Numbered from the stretch's first letter, positions 25,244 to 38,566 are shown. The stretch is 64,000 nucleotides of DNA from Piedraia hortae CBS 480.64 (GCA_010093745.1 MU006011.1:1-64000), one strand, 5' to 3'. Numbers and translations: made by a program. Notes: generated by a model not told the origin, from the sequence alone.

Positions 25244-25620
25244 TACAGTCGAATCTGGATACAGCGAATACTGGATACTGCGAAAATTTCTTATGGCGGA
25301 CTGTCAATACCCCCGATCCGGTCTTCGCGCCTTTGTTTACATCAAATTTCAGCGGATTCTCCATGTAGCGGACTGAGCTCTTGTATCAGGTCGATCCGCC
25401 GTAACCAGGCGCCACTGGAGGAAGTTCAAGGAGCTTTACCGTGAAATTCATCGAAGAACCTAGTCGTTACGGAAATACCATTGCTGTCAGCAAGCCGACT
25501 CCCAAATCATCTCGCGCTGCAAAAGGCTAATCTCAACGAGTGGCGAGAAGGGTATTGGAAATGGGCACCACCACGAGGAATAACTCAATACGCCTGGAGA
25601 TTGCTGTGAAGTCACCGATC
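25244..25620 (+). mobile_element. Possible pogo/Tc1-mariner remnant (one TIR plus a DDE fragment)
   Basis: TA followed by CAGTCGAATCTGGATACAGCGAATACTGGATACTGCGAA (internal direct repeat); frameshifted NTIA/CQQADSQIISRCK resembles the DDE_1 motif NTT..QPxDQGII. Confidence 0.4.
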
Positions 25621-27009
25621 AGAGGCTAATAATAAGCCATCGACACCCCAGACCACATCACGCGAGCAATTTCCGCTTGAACTGAGAAACCCTTACGACG
25701 GAGTAGGACGGATCAATCGAGTTAACAGTTACCATAGACATTTGCAGTATGAGCCATTTCAGAGGGTTGGGGTGAAGGCCAAAAGTAAACAGCCAAGAAC
25801 ACTGCGTACTGAGATGCAAGTACAGTGACACATGATACCCCAAGTTTTTCGTGAATGTGAATGCGGGCAACAATCACCTGTGCAAGACCTCACCATTGCC
25901 CACTGGCCTTCACTGAAGTCAAGAACAGAACCTCGGGAAAGCCTATGGGGATGAGTTAACCAGAGGGTTTGCATAAGTACCATGGATGCTGTGTTGATTG
26001 GTCAGCTTTCAACATTTTCCAAAACGATCCCTTTCACAAAGAAAAGTTGCTGTCCTCTGAGATCTCTATGAAACACTTGAATGAACACCAAAGGCGGATT
26101 TGATGGGCTTATTCCACTCTCATGGAAGGAACGAGTTGTTCCACTTGCCGCTCCGTGCATTACCTTGAGCTGCTGATCCTCCCGTGTGCCGACGGCGCCA
26201 CACTCGTACAGGAGGTTCATAACCCTAGACCTCCAACCTTCATCGACAGAAAACAAAACTTTTGTCATATTAGCGCTACTACAACAATCGAGTGGACTAC
26301 TGCATGCGTACAACAATACGTGAGATGACAATGATGTCGTGTCACGGTCAAACCTTCAATACACTTGATTCTTGTGCTAGGGCCTGCTGTTAGCAATGCT
26401 TGAGCAATCGTCAATTTCTCAATCTTCATGAGGGCTCAGTCACGCTGAGCTTGCAGCAACATAATTCGCCGCAATCTGCTGTAAAAATCGGCGAAACTCT
26501 CGCGCCCACATCGAAGTTATCCTCTTGAAAATCTTGAAGGAAATTCAAGGATGTGTCGACAGTACGATCGAGCGTCCGGGCCTTTGGGCAGTTGGTGTTT
26601 TGGCCGAAAATGAGTGTCCCAAACGCCAGGATCAGACACAGGGCCCATGCTGGTTGAATCGATTCTCACACGGACTATAATGTGCAGAAGAAGTGAGCAG
26701 CTTCAAATAGAATTTAATCGGCATTATCTATGCAGGGATATGAGGCGTATTGATATGGCAGGATAGTGTCGGACAAGGCTATTGCAACTCGATTGTCACG
26801 AGTGGATTGCGCTACCACATAAAGAAATGTTCCAACCCACCTGCTTTAAGAGTGCAATTCAGGTTTCACACGTCACCTGCGCAGTCCATGCATGCACGCC
26901 ACTCTTACCCCGCCTGATGAGACCGCACGATGTTCGAAGCCTTTCAACAACATCCTCTATTCCAAACCTTGGTTCGCTCATTCGCTCTTACCGTGCCCAG
27001 TATGCCCGG

Positions 27010-30000
27010 ATGGGCGAGGCGTTTTAGGTCGAAAGGAAAACCGCAAACCTCGAAGTTGCACACTCTTACCAAAGATGCCTCCGTATCACAGGCTACAGTT
27101 CTCACTTCTCAGCCTTCACAGCTACCCAATGTGCCAGTGCAAGTTTTACATTCAGTGGTAGTTCCCAAAAACCCTTCCAAGACAAGGGCCAATTGTTGCT
27201 TAATGCGCTTGCCGGTCTTACCTCCGATGATCGCATGCTTGTTCAGAAGGAACTAGGTAAAAGCAGCCATCTCGAAAGAGACACAGCTCGCATTATAGCC
27301 TCAAGGGGGCGAAATCAAACTCAAAGTTCCAATCGATGGATCATCGGGATGAGAAAGATTGTTTGTCTGATGATGCAATTTGCACCAGTAGTTGACGTCG
27401 CAGTGAATGTCCAAGGAGACATACTGAGCCTACCATGGGCTGGAATTCGTTCCCTACTGATGGTATGCAGCAATTTCGTAGTTGCAACCCTCATTGACGC
27501 AGTGTCTACAGGTGGCTCAGAAGGTTCACGAGCAAAGTGAGTCGACTTTGAAGGGAAGCGAAACAGCACTGGATACCAGCTACCTCTTGAGGGAGTACTT
27601 TGACATTTACAGTCAAGTCAATTGCACGCCCTAGGTTAAGCATTTGTACGACAACATTGCAAAGTTATACGGCCTCATTCTGAAGTTCTTGGCGAATGTT
27701 CATGAAACGTGCGTTATGAACCGTTTGGAACGTGTGGAACGTATCATTCACACTCTTGCTGGTGATGTTATACCAAACTTTAAGGCCGACCACGACAGAA
27801 CGTTGAAGACTGTTGAATCTCATGCAAGAGTTTGCGACCTTGAGGTATCCGAGGGACAGCGAACAATAATCAATGAACAGCTGAAGACGCTGAGAAAGAC
27901 CCAGGAAGAGATCAATGAAGGAATGAAGGGCACTCAACAAACCCTAGATCTTCGTGCTCTTCCAATCGTTGATGGAGCATCTTGCAACTCCATAGACTAC
28001 CGTAATGGCGATCATAATGGCGAACTAAAATTGTGTCTGGACGGTACCCGGGTGCAGATCGGGAAGAGAATAATGGACTGGGCCACAACCGCCGACGATC
28101 AAAGGGTATTCTGGCTGTCTGGAATGGCAGGGACGGGTAGGTCCGCCATTGCTTGAACTGTTGCCCACGAACTGGGAAACCAAGGTTACTTAGTCCGAAG
28201 CTTCTTTTTCAAGCGTGGCCAGGGCGAACTAAGCCACGTGCGTCGTCTGTTTCCCACTATTGCCCGTTAAATGGCCGAATTCATACCTTATATTAGCCGC
28301 AAGATTGCTGCCGCCTCTGATGGCGTACCTCCTGTTGATGAAAGGCCATTGACAAGTTAGTTCGAGACGCTTATTAAGGAGCCGCTTGTGTGATATAGCA
28401 CAGGCCAGGCAACAGATGTTAGGGTGATTGTCATCGATGCTCTCGATGAGTGCGAGGAATGGGGAGCGATAGGCAACGCCATGACCCTTTGGCACAAGCT
28501 TAGGGCCCACACTTCCATGAATTTGAGGGTGATTGTGACAAGCCGATCCGACAATAAGATTGGAGACAAACTCAAGCAAATAGATTCCGAAGACCTTCAG
28601 CACGCGAAGCTTGAACACTTGCAATCCAGTACTATCAGGCATGACTTGGCCCTGTTTTGTTACAACGAACTTAGCAAGATCCGCGAAAAGAGCAGGGAGG
28701 ATTTAGGTCTTGATGAACTAGAGGATGCCTGGCCAGGAGAGATCGTCGTAAACAAACTTGTTGACATATCTCAGCCACTGTTCATCGCTGCTTCCACGAT
28801 ATTAAGGGACGTGAACAATAATCCACGACAACAATCTCGTAAATGGGTGGGCCGGCTCAACTTCACTGGCGCACAGACGCTAACCGTGATATACTCTGAA
28901 ATCCTGGAAGAAGCCGCTGACCTCGACAAGGAGTGGCTGAGTTGGTTCAGCAAAGTCATTCAATCACTCGCACTTCTACAATCCCCACTCAGCATCCCAG
29001 CACTTACGGATCTGCTTGGAGACGGAGACAACATGGTCGTTCCGAATGCTCTCAAACCTTTGAGCTCCGTAATTGAGTCTCCAAGTGGCAAAGAGATGAG
29101 AGCGGGCTTGCAATCTACTGCAAGAATTTATCACGAGTCGTCCCGAGACTTTCTTTTGGATCCTAATCTCATGACCATATCTCGGTTCTGGACTGACCAA
29201 GAAAAGACACATGTTTTCCTCCTTAACAAATGCATGAAACTGCTCAAGCACAAGCTAGGTCGCGATGTGTGCAAGCGCAAAGGTCCAGGAACAGATTGGA
29301 AATCCACGCCATCAGAGCATGTTTACAAGCATATTCCTGAGTCAGTGCAGTATGCTTGCGTTAATTGGGCCAGCCATGCAACCCAGAGCAATCAGACGAT
29401 CCAAGATGGTGGACAAGTGGGCTGTGTCTTGCGCGAATGTTTCCTATTTTGGACAGAAGCAATGTCTTAGCTGGACAAGCTTGGGAAAATGACGATCAGC
29501 CTAAGCAGTTGGAACGAGCTATTGACATAAGTTTATTGTCCGTTTTTGGTCGAGGGTTTAGCGACTAATCATACGTAGGGAGATCTCTCACCTGGTGTAC
29601 AGTCATTTTTCGCCGATGCTCTAAGATGGCTACCGGCACATCGAATCACGATAAGCGGCGCACCGCTTCAAACATATCTCCCAGCACTGGTTTTTGCGCC
29701 AAATAAGAGTATTGTAAGAAACAGCTTCAAGCAAGAAGTGGACGACTTCTTGCAAGTTTGGTCGCCAGTCGAGAGTGATTGGGGGCTCGAACTGCAAACA
29801 CTGAAAATGCGTGTTGGTTACATGTGGTCGATAGCACCTTCAATTGACGGCAAAAGACTTGTAACGGCTTTGGATGATGGGACAATACGACTATGGAATG
29901 TACAAGACTGTGCCGAAGAGGGGTGTTTGGAGATTGTCTCACGTGGCGTTGCTTCATCTCCCTCTAGAGACAACCTTTCGGTAATCACTGGGGCGAATGG

Positions 30001-31750
30001 TGGTCTTATGAAGTTGCAATCGAGCGAAGAGCCCAGAAGAATCGATTTAAAGCTGCCTGGTCGTGCATGTTGCGTTTCTGTATCTCCAGATGGCCGATTT
30101 TTTGCCGCTCGGGGCCTGGACACGGGCGGCATTTACATTTGGCATGCCGATAACAACCCCAGGAAGGTGATTCAGGGTCACAATTCTCAAGTGCATGGCA
30201 TGGCATTCTCATCGGAAAACGGGTCATTGGTTTCTGGATTCACGGATATCTGGATATGGAGCGCCAAAGGTGGACATGAGATGATGTGCCAAGTAGATGC
30301 TGACGTTGAACACATCGTCATATCACCGGACGGCACTTTCGTAGATTTTTATTCTGAATGCAGTATTTTTGTATTATACTGTGAGACTCGTGAAGTTGAG
30401 CGGATAATGGAAGGGATATGGGATCCTTCGGTTCTCACGTTTACTCCCGACGGCCAGAAAGTCTTGATCACGATTGTCCGAGAACTTTTCCTGTATGCAT
30501 TTGGAACAAAATCCAAGCCTATCAAGCTATCTTTGGATGATCGGGTTGGAAGCTTCCTGTATATCATGGCATTCTCTCCCGATGGAAAAACCACCTGGGC
30601 TGGGTACTCGGATGGAGTGGTGATACAGTTTGACACAACCTTGTTATTGGATAGTCAGCGGCCGAGAGCTGGTGATGCTGCTGTCGCCTTGTCAACAGAT
30701 GGCTTGACGCTCTCTGCCTTATCTCGGTATAGCCAGCTCAGTCTCTGGAATACTGAAACACAGAGTTGCACACACCACATATCACATGAGAGGCTCCACA
30801 ACTTTCACAATTTTGGAAGACATGTCTTAATCTCATCCGATAGCCGTTCAGTGGTTGTTGCCGGTACAGCATGTCGCCAGGGCCAAGTAGTTTTGATTTG
30901 GAACCCTGAAACAGATGAATTGAAGGAGCTCGAAGAGATTCCAGGCCACATTACTGCGACCGCGATCTCAGTTGACAGCAGGACTCTACTTTGCGGCTCA
31001 AAGGAAGGCCAAATATATGCCTATGAATTGAAAAGTGGTGTCCGACCGAGAACGTCAACGGTGCATACGCGCAGTATCAGAGAAATCGTGTGTTCTCCAA
31101 CTGGGCAAGATTTTGCTTCACTATCAGGCGATGAAGAGATAAAGATGTGGAGCCTTCAATCACAAAACCCCTTGACACTCGGCGACAAGGCTACCATACT
31201 CAAATCAGTTTTCTCAGCAGACGTCGTAGGGTTTTCACATTTGATACTTTCAACGACATCTGTGGATGGGACATTGAAAAAGAGTGCAAGGTGCGAAAGC
31301 TTGGAAACGGACCTTTGGTTGGTGGTTCTATACTATTCAATGGTCGCTTCGTGGCTGCAGAATTTCTGCCCCTTCTGCAGAGGTCAAAGGAGGATGAAGG
31401 TGACCAAGCTCTGGCGAAGGCAAATGTTTCGGCATCTACAAAAGCCCCTCAACATTTAAAGACCGCGAGCTTTGGGCTTTGCAAGCATTCGGTATGGGAA
31501 CTGCACGGTGGGTCACTGTGAGTGGTCGGAAAGTAGTCCAGTTTCCAGTTCAGATGAGCCATGGACTTGGGACCTCGTGTGGGCAGAAAATGGTCGTTCC
31601 TCACGATCAGACTGGTTTCACTTTCTTCAATTTTACGGGAAAGATGTCTTTCTAGCGGAGGATACATTTATTGGTGGGCACGAGAATTTTCATAACGCCA
31701 CATACCCAGCATATGTTGTTGAGAAGTATCAGTGCCATACCTCGGCCTGA
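27010..31750 (+). pseudogene. NACHT-WD40 (HET-E/NWD-like fungal NLR) pseudogene
   Basis: N-terminal SLPWAGIR; intron ~27463-27511; CLDGTRV; P-loop WLSGMAGTGRSAIA*; VIDALDEC; IYHES; WD40 repeats; in-frame stops at 28154, 28268, 28358 and 29468. Confidence 0.9.
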
Positions 31751-31939
31751 TAACAAAGACTTTACAAAGAAAAATCCTGTGTAGCAAAATGCTCAAAGAG
31801 CATTATAAAGAGGACAAAGGGGCAGTGGAGTAATATCTGAGACTGTCTGAACAATGAAGCTACTTGTATATAAGCTCGCTGCTGAACGTCAGAAAAGATA
31901 GTTTTGTAAAAACTCAATCTTCAGAACGATTACGCTAAT

Positions 31940-32337
31940 TGTTCTGGGGAATGCGGTGAGACTGAGGTAGTGTGAGGAAGGTTTTGTTACGCTGCTCAGA
32001 GGAAAAGGTTCAATAAGTCCAAACAACGAGGACAATCCAGACTGCTATCTACTGGGAAGCTAGGATACTATAAACCAATCCAGAAGCGCCGTTCATTCGT
32101 GCGTGGTAGCGAGCGTAGCTATGAATAACTAGCAGGGCGCGTCCGTGTATCAAATTCCCTGTGCGCTTAGGCGGCGCGAATCGTCCCGCGCACACACGGT
32201 CTCGCCGTAACAGGTTTCGAACCTCGCCTCATATAGAAATAGACATCTAAATTTCGCTTTTTCAGTCAAAGTTGAGTGAAAACTTTTATCGTCGATATCC
32301 GCTCTCCTTTGGTCATCGGTGGTTCAACCCTCCGAGA
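31940..32337 (-). repeat. Partial family C LTR, interrupted by a family B LTR
   Basis: Reverse complement of ~4375-4540 on both sides of 31985-32212. Confidence 0.8.
31985..32212 (-). mobile_element. Solo LTR (family B)
   Basis: TGTTACG...CGTAACA termini; TSD GGTTT (31980-31984 and 32213-32217); second copy at 62061-62288. Confidence 0.92.
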
Positions 32338-33236
32338 GATAACATTGGACCAGAGCCAACTCGATATGAGGGTAGAGATGGCTTTGGGCCCGAGTTTATC
32401 TGGCAAAAGTCACTGGAGGTATTGACATATACACGATCTACAGCCTGAGCTTGTCCAAGTATTGTCGATTTGTTTATCCAGTTATACAGAAAATACTAAA
32501 GCCTTGCCCCAGACATTGACTCTCAACTCTTTTCAAAAGCAACTCGAGCTTGTTGTAGAAAAGAAACTTGTTGTGATCTATTCCTCGAGGCTGAACTGAG
32601 CAATTTATATGACTTTTACAAGAGGCCACCGCAACTGCATGTCACCAGTAACACTCCGTATGCATTGAATTCTTCCATTGTTGAACTTAACTACTGCCAA
32701 GGTCTTATATCTTGAGTTCCGAATTGTGATACAGTTTGCGAACTACGGCCGCTAACGGGATTTAATCGATGCGAGCGAAGTACTCTCAGTGCAAATTCAA
32801 ATAGACTACTGGGTTTTTATGCGCTATCCCAATGGTGCACCAATGAAATACTTAAATTAAAGTTGTAACATTGTTCTGTTAGCACGAGCATCACTCATCC
32901 CAATGTGGATGGACGGGCGTCTGAAGTGTCTGTGGCTTTTGTGGACATGCTCACGCGAAATTTTCAAGTTAAAAAAATGGCTCATGAGACAATATCTGCC
33001 AAGTTGGCCGACCATGAGAAACTTGAATGGTCCCCTCCATGCTAATTTTGCAAAGGTTTCTATAGAGTCACTCCTGCTGACACAATCAGTAGCTGTTAAG
33101 AGTCATTCTTGTGTTAGCTCAGTCATTGTATAAGATCCCACTGCTGTAGCAAGAAAGTTTGAAACAGGCAAGGAAATTGATTGTGCATATATCCTACTCG
33201 TCTGCCCACACAAATATCGCTATCCGATTGCATCGC

Positions 33237-34121
33237 TCATTTGATCAATTCGGTCAGCAGACCATTATCTAACCACTGCTGCGGTACTCCCAACCTTGAT
33301 CCCTTCGCATTAGAAACATAGCGCGTGAATAGACCATCTGGTCGCTCATGATCGACATATTCGGCTGGAGTGGCCGCCTCGGCCATGATCTCAGCTCGAG
33401 TTCGGCGCCTAGGTGCCGGCTTTTTGAGCAGCTTATTGATTGTCTCCATTTTAACTTCCTCGCTGCGCTTCTCTGACAAATTCTTCCTTCGCCGAGCCAT
33501 TTCTGCGCGACGCATGGCGTGCTCTTCGGCTGTTAGGTGCTTTTTCCTCTGAGCTTCGTTGGGGAGAGCCAGAAGTCCGCCGCTGCCAGACTCTTCATCA
33601 TGTTGCATCCGTTGTCTACGTGTGAGCTTGCTCGGATCGGCGGGGGTCACGCTCCGGGAAAAGGGACTCTCCTCATCGTCATCGTCATCATCGTCCTCTT
33701 CTCCATCCTCGCCGGCCGGTCGCGCGTCTTCCAGCGACGAGAGTTCGTCATCACTGGAGCTTAATTTTGCCGGCGCCTTAACACCCGCATCATCATCTAC
33801 TTCTTCATCTGATTCTTCGGACAAGACTTCATCGTCCACCTCGTCGCTGTCTGGTTCGACGATGACTTTGGGATTTCTAGTGGCCCTGGACAGTCGAACG
33901 GCTGGTTGAGGCGTGACATCGCTTTCGCTTGCATCCTGATCAGGCGCTGATATGGCCTGGCGTAGTTTGCTTGGCGGTTGGCGAACGGTGATGTTCAGTC
34001 TTTTTCTGGTTAGTTTAGCCGCAAAAAAGGGCCCGCTGACTGACCTGCCTGTCCCACGATTGGAGGGTGGAGGAGCAGCCGCACCGGTGTTAGCTTTGAG
34101 ACGCTTGTTGCTCCCTTCCAT
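33237..34121 (-). CDS. IES2: INO80 complex subunit Ies2 (PAPA-1 domain)
   Basis: Acidic middle region; LTRRQR; EEHAMRRAEMARRRKNLSEKRSEEVKMETINKLLKK; RYVS...LGVP. Confidence 0.88.
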   Translation of the reverse strand: MEGSNKRLKANTGAAAPPPSNRGTGRSVSGPFFAAKLTRKRLNITVRQPPSKLRQAISAPDQDASESDVTPQPAVRLSRATRNPKVIVEPDSDEVDDEVLSEESDEEVDDDAGVKAPAKLSSSDDELSSLEDARPAGEDGEEDDDDDDDEESPFSRSVTPADPSKLTRRQRMQHDEESGSGGLLALPNEAQRKKHLTAEEHAMRRAEMARRRKNLSEKRSEEVKMETINKLLKKPAPRRRTRAEIMAEAATPAEYVDHERPDGLFTRYVSNAKGSRLGVPQQWLDNGLLTELIK

Positions 34122-34272
34122 GTTGACTGGAAGGTGCCTTTACTGTTGCGTTGATTGGTCATAGGTGGTCGGCTCCCATTGGCTCGGAATTTGCCGTGCA
34201 ATCCTAACCCTAGAACCGCTACTCTGGGTTTGTCACGTCCGAGCCGAGGTTAGCGCGTCAACGTTACCAACG

Positions 34273-35052
34273 ATGAGCGATGACAGTGACAGGCCAAATT
34301 GGCAGAAGCCACAAGATGAACAATCACGCGATGAAGCTCCAGCAGAGAAATATTCCGCACCTAACGCCTCTGAGTTTCTTCGCACCCATCAACCCCAGCA
34401 ACCTCAGCAACCACAGGCGCCCATAATAACTTATCCCGAGTTTCTCGTGGAGGCGCACCAGCCTGCTCCATTGATAACTGCCTCTCGTGTTGTAAATACC
34501 ATATACGCAGCTTCTGGCGTTGTTGCTTTGGCCTATGGTGTCAGCAAGTTTCTCATCCAGCCAATGGTGGACACTCTCTCGAAATCTCGCCAGGAATTTG
34601 CGTTGCATACCATTTCGCATATCGAAGAGCTGAACGATCGATTGGAGAAGCTCGTATCCACATCGCCGTCATTCTTGTCCGACAGCTCCAGCACCGTTAG
34701 TGATGATCCTGCGGAGTTATATCACAGAGATGTCGGTACCCAAACATCTCCACAGTCTTCCCGCAGTCCTTCCATATCTGGGGAATTTCACAATACGTTG
34801 AGTGCTCAGGTCAATGTGCTTTCTAACCTCAAAAAGAAGCTCGCGGAGGCGAATGATAGCAATAACCCGAACGAGGCTCCCTTGCGGGAGATTGACGAGC
34901 TGAAGGAGTACTTGGGGACGGTCATTTATTCTCCACCAATATTTGGAACGAACCAGGGTCAGCGAAAGGATTATGAGGATTTGAAGAAAGAGATGAGGGC
35001 AATCAAGGGTGTTTTGTTGAGTACTAAGCGCTTCCCTGCTGTAAGGGATTAA
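34273..35052 (+). CDS. Peroxin Pex14/17 (Pex33)-like protein
   Basis: PIITYPEFL, PLIT, hydrophobic AYGVSKFLIQPMV, DPAELYHRDVGTQTS and C-terminal KKEMRAIKGVLLSTKRFP. Confidence 0.75.
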   Translation: MSDDSDRPNWQKPQDEQSRDEAPAEKYSAPNASEFLRTHQPQQPQQPQAPIITYPEFLVEAHQPAPLITASRVVNTIYAASGVVALAYGVSKFLIQPMVDTLSKSRQEFALHTISHIEELNDRLEKLVSTSPSFLSDSSSTVSDDPAELYHRDVGTQTSPQSSRSPSISGEFHNTLSAQVNVLSNLKKKLAEANDSNNPNEAPLREIDELKEYLGTVIYSPPIFGTNQGQRKDYEDLKKEMRAIKGVLLSTKRFPAVRD

Positions 35053-35668
35053 TGGGTTACATGTAATGTATAATGCCTTGCTATAGTTTGCTATCGCCGT
35101 TGGAATCCATCGCAAGTGGGAGGCATAGAATGAGTTGTCCACGCTTGCGTTTGGCTGGTATATACATTAATCTAGCGCAAGGTATAATCAGTTAAAAGCT
35201 TCGTGGCGCAGCGGAAGCGCGCCGGGCTCATAACCCGGAGGACCATCGATCGAAACGATGCGAAGCTATTTTTTTTTTCTGGTCGCACGCTCACTTTCAG
35301 CATTGGTCTGTAATTTTCGAATACCATAGAGACTGGCAAACAAGGCATTCCGAGCTAAACCCTTTTGGGCTATGCGGAACCAGGTCCGCAAGCTATTTTC
35401 GGACTGGAGTGACCGGTGATCCCGCATCCCATTAATCCCATTGGCGGAAACACGCTTCTCCACAGCCCAAAAGGGTTTAGCTCAGAATGCCTTGTTTGCC
35501 AGTCTCTACGAAATCCTGAGAATCTGCATTCTAGCCTTCGATTCAACTTGATATCTCCCAAATAATTCTCCATGGTGTCTTGGCATACAAAAGTTTGACA
35601 TGCGACGCTAATCCTAATTAGGCTAGCCTTCGTGTTGAATCTAAAGGGAAGTCCAACAACAGGAGCGT

Positions 35669-35844
35669 TATCACTGGCGTGGACAGAGGAAACAGCGATG
35701 AAAGAAAGACAACGCAACTGCCCGCCCGAGCCGGTTGGCGGAACTATGTACAAGAAACAACTAGTGTATGAGCGACAACACTGTCGATTATGCGATCGAC
35801 ACGCCGAGGCATCGGCAAGGATCGATGCTGGCCACCGCCTCGTA
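35669..35844. mobile_element. Short solo LTR (family E)
   Basis: TSD AGCGT (35664-35668 and 35845-35849); homologous to 52472-52650. Confidence 0.85.
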
Positions 35845-36369
35845 AGCGTACCACAAGAAAATCAGAGAAAATCTTGCGCACTTTTCACTCCAAGCCTACA
35901 ATGATCCACCCATTCTTGCTCCACTTAAGTAGTGAGCGATTGCTGAATAAGGAAACCGGCGACCAGGAGCGATATCTGGATTCAAGTACTTCGTGAGTGG
36001 AAGTTGTTTCCAGCGTGTCAAGAATTGAGTCAACACAAAATGAGTTTAAATTGATGGAAAGATCTATGGGCAAAGCTTGAAGTTTATCGAAAGCCGGCAA
36101 TTCAATGGCAATGATCCATCTGTAGACACTATGTTAATTCAATGCAACTCCAAGCCGTGAAACCATGCTGTCACCCTTCACAGAAACTAGGATGTCGTTC
36201 ATGACTACACCGCTGAGAGTTTACTCACGTTTCGGCACCGGGGTCAACGTCAAACTTCCCCCACCTTTTGCCCTTTGCTCTTCCCTCCGCACTCTGTCAT
36301 TTCATTCTGCACCACCATTCTACCTCTCAACTCTGACGCTCCACCCTGTTACTCCACTCTACTATCATT

Positions 36370-36950
36370 AGCGATCAAGGTAGCCAGGCAGGCGACTGTC
36401 CTTTGCTTTGACAAATTCCAGTGTTCAGACGTCTCCGAGGCGATGATCCTAAGCCGTTTGATAGAGAGCCTCTTGGCGCATGAAACAGTCCTGGTGGCGA
36501 CAAGAAACTGGCATTTTAATGACTTATATAAAATCGACATTCAACGGAAATCGTTCATCCCTGCCATCAAACTGGACTCTCACACAGATTACCGCCGTAT
36601 CCTGCGCAAGTCTCTGAACGTCTTCTACTATTCCCTAGATGAGTCCTCAGAGAAGCATGAAAACTATGGTTCCGCATCTTTGGCAATTTCGAGCGTGACC
36701 CTCCGTGTCCGGCAATGCATGAGGTACGGGAACGCCAGGTCAACTTACCCAAAGCCAGTGGCAAGACGTGCTGGTTTGAATTCAATGAGCTCATGGGCCG
36801 TAACACTGGCGCCGCAGACTACTTCGAGTTGACGCGGGCATAGAGGCTTTCATCGTCAATGTCCCCGGCATGAACGTTCGCAGCCCTGACTTGGCAAAAA
36901 GATTCATTATGTTCATTGATGTCATTCATGAGTCTAGAGGCAATTTCGCA
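36370..36950 (+). pseudogene. AFG1/ZapE-like ATPase fragment
   Basis: VLCFDKFQCSDVSEAMILSRL, NDLYKIDIQRKSFIPAI, LDSHTDYRR, then frameshifted PKASGKTCWFEFNELMGRNTGAADYFEL. Confidence 0.85.
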
Positions 36951-37484
36951 CTGGTCATGTAGAAACTGTTAATGGCGAAGGACAAAGTGTCGGATACCCT
37001 CAGATCTGATGGAAACGAACCATGTGCGTACTTCAAAATATGCCAAGGGATACAGTACACGATGCAACCAAGAGAGGTGTGTAGAACGTTACGGTCTTTT
37101 AATTGCAAGAGCCACTCACTGAATGCAAGGAAGAAGGCTGCCTTTTCGCGACAAATTCCAAGGCAGGAGGGCCGCCAATTTTGCAAGCCACTCATCAGGT
37201 GCTTTGCAAAGTCCATGCCCGGCCACTCCTTTGACCGATGCAGCCTTGAGGTGTCCACGGATGACTCACACTTCCATTTGGTTGTCCCTGGCCCTGCTCC
37301 CGTGCGGGCATTAACGGATTAGTCATTCGGACATGCCAGCCAGCACCAGCTAACTGGCTGCGGCGAAGTCCGCTAATGGCGCTGCCTCAAGAATGTCCAC
37401 CTTCAAATTCTCCGTTGATTCTGCAATAGGTTGGTCAGACATCCTGCATAGCACTCCCATCCTAATGTAGTCACCATTGGCTCA

Positions 37485-37830
37485 TGACAGGAGTCTGTAG
37501 CAGGCTTACATGTACCAGAACTCACGAGGTCGATTCCCTTTGACCAAGTTGACATCAAAGATCGAAGTATGAATCGGAACAGGGATCTGGTTGAAACCCT
37601 CGAATTGCATAACCTCCTGATCGTGTTGTTCAAATGGCTGAATCGGTTTCGGCACGGAAGGAGTTTAAGGGCGCCCCTTCACGCGAGGGCTACCCTGAGC
37701 GCGACGGCAAAAATTGGATGAAACAATTCTTGGCGTAGCGGCATGAGCCCCTTGGCAAGACCTAACTTGCCTATCGGCCGGTTATTATGACCACTCTAGA
37801 GGAGAAGGAGTGTAAGAATTGCACCCAATC
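37485..37830 (+). pseudogene. SDH1 (succinate dehydrogenase flavoprotein) C-terminal fragment
   Basis: FDQVDIKDRSMNRNRDLVETLELHNLL, RKE.KGA..REGYPERDGKNWMK and TTLEEKECK, with frameshifts. Confidence 0.85.
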
Positions 37831-38454
37831 TTGAATTGATATCCTACTCAATAAGACGGAGCATCATCATCGCAAGCACGTCATATACGCCAAGCAGGGG
37901 GGAGGCCAAGGGGATCAGGTTGGTGAAGAAGGACAAGAAGGGAAATGAGGACGAATTTGATGAACTAGAGGGCAAGACAGTCGGCCGCGAAGCAGAGACG
38001 TGGTCGTCCCTCAAATACAGGAACATCCTCGACGTGTTACCATCGAGGGACTCAGGGAGGGAATATCTGGCTATACTGGGAATAAAAGAAACTGAATCTG
38101 CACCAAGAGTAAAGAGACTCAAGATCTCAAATAACGAAGTTTATTGAATTCGGTTGAAAAAACTACTTCATTGAACGTTTGTATTTGTTTTGGTCATCGT
38201 ATAGACCAAAGTCTCTCATGACATCAAGATAAAAACTTGCAGCGCTGTTGCCTCAAACATGAATGTCCCCTTAAACCTAGGAGTTTATGCCATCCTCATT
38301 CACATTTAGGCATTGGAAGTAATACAAACCCTGCCTGTCAGATTTTCTTTGTTCTAAGATGATGACCATGATGAGGCTATCACTGCTCCCGAGCCTGGCA
38401 TGGGCAGGTGGTCGACACGCCGTTCACCAAAGGTATATCCAGCAGAAGCGAACT

Positions 38455-38566
38455 ACGAATCGACGACAGGCAATACAGATACCTTTCAAGAGCATTATGA
38501 GCCGCAGCATTGAGGCTTACAAACCACAGGCGATTATATGGCAGCGAGGTGTCTACAGTCTTGGCG
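38455..38566 (+). pseudogene. Class I histone deacetylase (Hos2/Rpd3-like) fragment
   Basis: IDDRQY../FKSIMSRSIEAYKPQAIIWQRGVYSLG, compared with the consensus GIDD..Y..F..I....E.Y.P.AIVLQCGADSLG. Confidence 0.6.

Noticed and set aside
25640..26400. Protein-like minus-strand fragments (also 18990-19995 and 32340-33130)
   Set aside because: Probably decayed genes, but no family could be supported
37836..38147. Possible protein-kinase fragment (REAETWSSLKYRNIL) within the mosaic
   Set aside because: Too short and too weak to call
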